A stretch of 64,000 nt of DNA from an uncultured Nitrososphaerales archaeon (GTDB taxonomy: Archaea; Thermoproteota; Nitrososphaeria; Nitrososphaerales; Nitrososphaeraceae): positions 32,439 through 96,438 of the forward strand of contig CAVPXM010000060.1 of assembly GCA_963709405.1 (NCBI GenBank), in the 5' to 3' direction. Shown here piece by piece: positions 58,832 through 64,000 of the stretch. The first letter of the stretch is position 1. Each line of letters starts with the position of its first letter. The notes below the pieces were generated by a model. That model saw only the letters and a list, made by a program, of their open reading frames with translations, did no database searches and had not been told where the DNA came from. A program made the position numbers and the translations under genes.

Positions 58832-59870
58832 CAATGCAATATTATTAGTATTGAAACAATAACCGATAAAAATAAACTTATACCTGAAAGCCAAAATAAT
58901 TTAATGATTTATCTATTTTTTAAAGATGTTATTATTATTATGATTTTAAAAAAATTGTAGATTAGCGTTTTGAGGTTGGTGATAGTTGGTTCTATTCATG
59001 CGCTGCTCATCTAGCATCGATGAAACAAACTTTATCAATGCTCGGAGTAAAATTTGATTGGCTAGTGAATACACCGCATTTAGCACACTCCGAAATTTAC
59101 GGATCGGGGGCTGAGAAGGGCAAAAGCTATCTAAAGAACAGATAATGATGCAGCTTGATGTAAAGCTAGGCGAATATATCTCTGGACACAATAATTTTGA
59201 TGGGTAAACAAAACTTGAGGGCTATATCAAGGCTCTAAAGCATGTTTTACAGTTAAATCAGTATTGTCTGAGTGTGAACATCACGAGGCTATTCACTTCC
59301 TATGTAGCCTAGGATATTGTCTGATCTGTGAGCCTGTCAATAAGAAATGAAAAGAATTTTTATGTGAGACTGTTAGTAAGAAATGAAAAATGTAATTAAC
59401 ATCCGTGGTGAAGATTTGAAGAATAATTATACCGAAGGCCAGGCAGGTGGAATCGGAATTTATTATTTTGATCCAGTTGACAAGGAGTATGTTGAAGATC
59501 CTAGAACCATTTGTATATGGTTCGAGACAGTATAGGTATTCATGATATAAAATTCTGTCCTTTTTGCGGCAAGAAAGTTGAGAGAATCTAGAAACGAAAG
59601 CATATCCTGCATGACAACTGCTGATACCAAAAGAGTAAACAGCGCATAAATGTCATTTAACGCATATGTCAACAAGCGAAGGAATGATGAAAATTCTCAA
59701 CATTCCTGTAGAGAAGACAAATGGTAATACCACTAATCTTGTACATGATTCGACTCTTAGTCAGATAGCTTTAGAATCGATCATAAGAATTCTCATCAAT
59801 AGTGAATGCAGTAACGATAGTTAGATTCTATGTGATTGTGGTCTGGTAAGAAAACCAATGATTATGTATT

Positions 59871-62825
59871 TTAGTTGTTTTTATTTTCGATATAGGGATT
59901 AATGTTAACTATGGATGGAGGAGAATATTCACTTTCGCTATTTGAAAGATTAGATGAAGTCCTTGCCGGTGTGGTTGCAGACCCAACCGTCGAGGGCTGA
60001 ATTTCTCTTACACTAAAAAATTTTATGTCCATATTGTCTATGTTATCCCATCTGAAGTGAGTAAGAGGGCCTCCCCAGGTGATCATTGTCTTATCGGTAC
60101 CACCGCAATTTGGATGTCCGCCTCCCCAATTGTTTCCGTTGTCTACAAATTCTATCGATTTATGCCATTTATTGCCAAGTGTACTAATATTGTCTGAACC
60201 ATCGTCAATCCATTGTTCCATCTTTACCGTACCATCCGCGTGAGTAAAGTAGACAGCCTTTAATCCAACCCATCTTCCGTCTAATTTGCTCGTTGCTCCA
60301 GATCTCTCGGGATCATTTGTAGTATAGCCCGCTGTATGTTCAAGCTCTTTTTCAAATTTGCTCCGTCCAGTTTCATACAGGTTCGAGTGATATGCTGTTC
60401 CTTCACACGATTTACTTGATGTATGCACTCCTCCACGTGCTAATAATTCTATATGTGCTGCTCCATTATTGGTTGAACTGGTAAAACTATTGACTTTAAA
60501 ATAACCAGTTAGTTCTACGTTCTTCCAGTCGCCTGGTGATTGCATATATCCTTGTTGTATCATTATCTTCTGGTTGTTCGTTTTAATTTGGTTAGGATTA
60601 TATCCAGACGAAGTGGAGACTGCATACCTTACTTGTGTTGAGGTCACTTTGAAAGAACCGTCTGGATTTTTGCTCATAGTTGGCGGATTTGTTTGCTTGT
60701 CATGATTGGGGTCTTGCGTATTCATAAACCATTCTTCGCCACCCGGCTTTGTAGGATAAATCTCCTTTATACCAAACTTGTCAATGCCCTGCCCAGAATT
60801 GCTACCACTACCTCCGCCTCCAGTTGTTGAGGGGGTAACCGTAATAGTTACGGTCAGCTATATTGCTTTTGGCTCCGTGATTATCAGTTGCTTGGACTGT
60901 GAAACCATCAGGTCCGGAGTAGCCTGATGCTGGAGTATACACAAAACTGTTTTGTGTAGGACCAAGCGATAGTTTTCCGTGCGTAGGAGCACTCTTGTTG
61001 GTAATTGTTGCACTATCTCCTTGATCAGGATCAGATACAATTATTGGAATGGTTACAGATGTGTCTTGTGTTGTTGTGAGGCCTGTAACATTGCTAACTG
61101 TGGGGGCATGATCCTCGGATGGTGGTGGATTAGTTGATGGTGGTGGATTAGTTGATGGTGGTGGATTAGTTGATGGTGGTGGAAGAGGAATTGGACTTGG
61201 ATTCGTTGCAGGTAAAACCGTTATACTCACTTTACCCAAGTTGCTATTCGCGCCGTGACTATCTGTTGCCTGATAGGTAAATGCATCGTCTCCAGTATAG
61301 ATAGAAACTGGCTTGTACACATACCTTGTTGAGATTGAATCTAGAGTGATATTGCCGTGAGTTGGCTTGTCTACTACACTTAGAGTCACAGTATCTCCTC
61401 GTGCATTATCAGGATCTGTTCCAGTTAAGGGTATCGCGATAGACGTATCCTGCACAGTAAAGACTGTTAGATCTTTTACAGCAGGCGGGGCATTTACTCT
61501 TATACCAACAGTTGCCACATTACTCTTTACTCCATGGTTATCTACACCCTGATATGTGAAGTTATCGTCTCCAAAATATCCTTTATTTGGAGAGTATGTG
61601 AAGATATTTGATGTATTATTGACTGTGACAGAGCCGTGAGCGGGCTTGCTGACAGGACTTGTCGTTACTGTATCACCGCTATCCGGATCAGTTACCTTCG
61701 CATTGATCTCTACAGGCCTGTCCTGAGAGGTTATTATTCCGGTTATGTCTTCGGCTTTTGGAGGATGATTTACTAGTTCCACTAGTATATCGACCATAGC
61801 CACGTTACTCTTTGCACCGTGATTATCCTTTGCTTGATATGTGAAGTTGTCTATCCCGTGATAGCCATTATCCGGTACGTATCTGAAACTATTCTGTGTA
61901 GAACCAGCGTCCACGGTTCCGTGATTTGGTTGTTTAACTACTTGTATAGTGGCATTATCTTTGGTGTCAGCATCATACACCGTTATCGGTATTTGTCTAG
62001 ATGTGTCCTGTGGGGTTGTAAGACCAGTAATGTCTTTGACTATAGGTGCGTGGTTGTCGGATGGAGGTGGATTGGTAGTTGGAGGTGGATTGGTAGTTGG
62101 AGGTGGATTGGTAGTTGGAGGTGGATTGGTAGTTGGAGGTGGATTGGTAGATGGAGGTGGATTGGTAGTTGGAGGTGGATTGGTAGTTGGAGGTGGATTG
62201 GTAGATGGAGGTGGATTGGTAGTTGGAGGTGGATTGGTAGATGTATTTAGCCCATAAAGAGTTATCTCACTTATACTGGCCCAATTATTCTCGGTATTAC
62301 GAAATACGGTAATTTTTATATATCTAGAATCTGAGTTGTGAAGTCGATAATTCTCTGGGTGAAGTGTATGGCCTGCTTGCTTGCTCCTTTAAAGACATAT
62401 TGATAATTTACTCCATCTTTAGAAGTAGATATCGCAAATGTGTATTGTCTAGAGTCCCCTTTGAACCAGGCAATACCTGCGCCACAAATAGTTTTTACTG
62501 AACCTAGGTCAGCACGAATATAAGCTCCTGTCCCCTGACTTGACCATCGCGTGTTTATGTTCCTATCTAGAGTATATTCTGGCGGATTACCTCGTTCGCT
62601 TGAGCTTGAAGTCAATCCAATTATTGGAACTCTTTGATTACAAACTTTACCATTTTCATGTGGCTTCTGTGCGGTTATATTGTAGCCGGAAGGGATAGAA
62701 TATGCCTGCCCGTTTGGATCCTGTGCAAACGAAAATTGTGTGGTAACTACAAGTAACGATAATAAGATTAACACCATAGTAAATGCAGGAAGCAGTAATA
62801 TTGACGTTACTCGAGTAAGTACCAT
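59871..62825 (-). CDS. Large secreted surface protein: F5/8C (discoidin) domain, Pro/Thr linkers, several Ig-like (Big_9) repeats, C-terminal beta-sandwich; split by frameshifts
   Basis: Signal peptide; D.NINTRWSSQG...ADLG...IAWFKGDSR; repeated P.HG...Y.P..GY.G.D.FTYQA.D.HG..SN.A.V.I; C-terminal DKFGIKEIYPTKPGGEEWFMN domain. Confidence 0.82.
61120..61182. repeat. 18-bp tandem repeat x3 (STNPPP linker)
   Basis: GGTGGTGGATTAGTTGAT units. Confidence 0.85.
62063..62242. repeat. 18-bp tandem repeat x10 ([ST]TNPPP linker)
   Basis: GGAGGTGGATTGGTAG(T/A)T units counted by eye. Confidence 0.92.
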
Positions 62826-63293
62826 AGTTAATACCCAGTCGTTTTTATTGCTTCAAACCATGTCAGATTCCATTCAAGGGGCGCACTCTCAGTAGCAAGC
62901 AATGAAGGTGATAGGTCAGAAATCATGGAGTTAGGAATATTAGTTAAATGTGGAACTAGTAAGCCCACATATGACATATATGATACTGGTCGAAGGAATA
63001 AAAAAGCAAGAGTCAATTCATGATTTGATGCAGAAATAAACTATTTATATGAAGTCGATATTTGTATCAGTCATTCTCATCCAATATTTTAATCATCTAA
63101 ATATACCTAATGAATAAACGCTAATGTATTCTTATTTGATCAACAATGCTGAAGATTCACAACATCTTTTGTGCAAATACAATATACAGTTTGAATGGCC
63201 TCCGCATTGTTCATGGAGTCCCAAGCTGAAATAGGTCTTCATATTATCTCACAGAGCCGGCTAATTATACCTTAATATTTCAATGATTGGCTT

Positions 63294-64000
63294 AGAACCG
63301 ATCCCAAAAATAGATAGACATATAGCTTGAGAGCGTTTTCCTCATAAGTGTGGCTTACGACAGAATCAAGTACGTTCCAACTGTCAAGAGAATCCCAGAT
63401 GAGTTATGGGATGGGTAAGGTTTATACTTCCATCAGAAAAACCAGCGAATACCAGACGACGTCCAGCAGTATCATTTAGGAAGGTACTGGATGGCATTCT
63501 ATATGTATTAAGAACTGGGTGTCAATGGAAGATGTTGCCAAAAGGATATGGTTCAGGTTCGACACTTCATAGACGATTTCTGCAGTGGTCTACGTCTAAG
63601 GTATTTCGAAGATTGTTGACTAGGCTGCTAAAAGTGTATGATGATTTACTAGGCATTCAATGGAGATGGCAATCACTTGATAGTATAGTCTGTATAGGCA
63701 CCTTTAGGGGGGAATGACTGGCTGGACCTAATCTTACAGATAGAGGTAAGTTAGTTAGTTAGGAACAAAACGTCATATATTGACCGATGGACAAGGCATT
63801 CCACTACCTGTTGTTATAACTATGGCTAATACGCATGACATGAAGGCCACTATTAGAACGCTGGATAATATCGTATTTAAAAGATCATCTCATAAGATGT
63901 ATGAAGAGAAACAGAACCTTTATCTCGATAAAGGATATGATTTTCCGGAGATTGAGATTGGCGTTATCAAGAAAGGATACCGTCCACACGTTCGACATAG
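63294..64000 (+). mobile_element. IS5-family element (IS427/IS1031-like), degenerate, runs off the window edge
   Basis: orfA RKVLDGILYVLRTGCQWKMLP..YGSGST.HRRF; orfB GTKRHILTDGQGIPL...ANTHD...LYLDKGYD. Probable left end AGAACCGATCCCAAAA. Confidence 0.88.

Noticed and set aside
62063-62242. Regular short repeats as a possible CRISPR array
   Set aside because: Head-to-tail 18-mers with no spacers that encode a Pro/Thr linker in frame; no cas genes in the window.

Overview
AT-rich archaeal chromosomal DNA. The gene content (cbiT-cbiL-cbiF, cdc48, hflX, stand-alone A/V-ATPase subunit C, Rqc2/NFACT, FTR1, cupredoxins, PQQ-type dehydrogenase) and the TATA boxes about 25 nt from start codons point to an ammonia-oxidising archaeon of the Nitrososphaeraceae type (inference). 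The first ~21 kb is mostly core genes. From ~25 to 59 kb there is a metal-homeostasis-rich accessory region: FTR1 iron permease, Dps-like ferritin, CbtAB, a NikR-linked ABC transporter and two blue-copper proteins, mixed with IS elements, gene remnants and a probable decayed integrated element. A large repeat-containing surface protein and an IS5 element close the window. Many genes, including the expected-essential atpC, are split by frameshifts, most likely assembly indels. The most notable signals are non-coding. (1) A palindrome ATTCTC-N6-GAGAAT sits 11 nt before the TATA-like box of FTR1, a cupredoxin, a free copy of the FTR1 extracellular repeat and one more gene. (2) DtxR/MntR-like TTAGG-N4-CCTAA boxes sit behind an identical CGTTTAAATA TATA box at three promoters, one of them a wHTH regulator next to FTR1. 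(3) A TTGGATA-N3-TATCCAA operator pair lies at cbtBA. Together these suggest a two-tier iron-uptake regulon with a multi-component FTR1 system. All family assignments come from motif recognition by eye; no searches were run.
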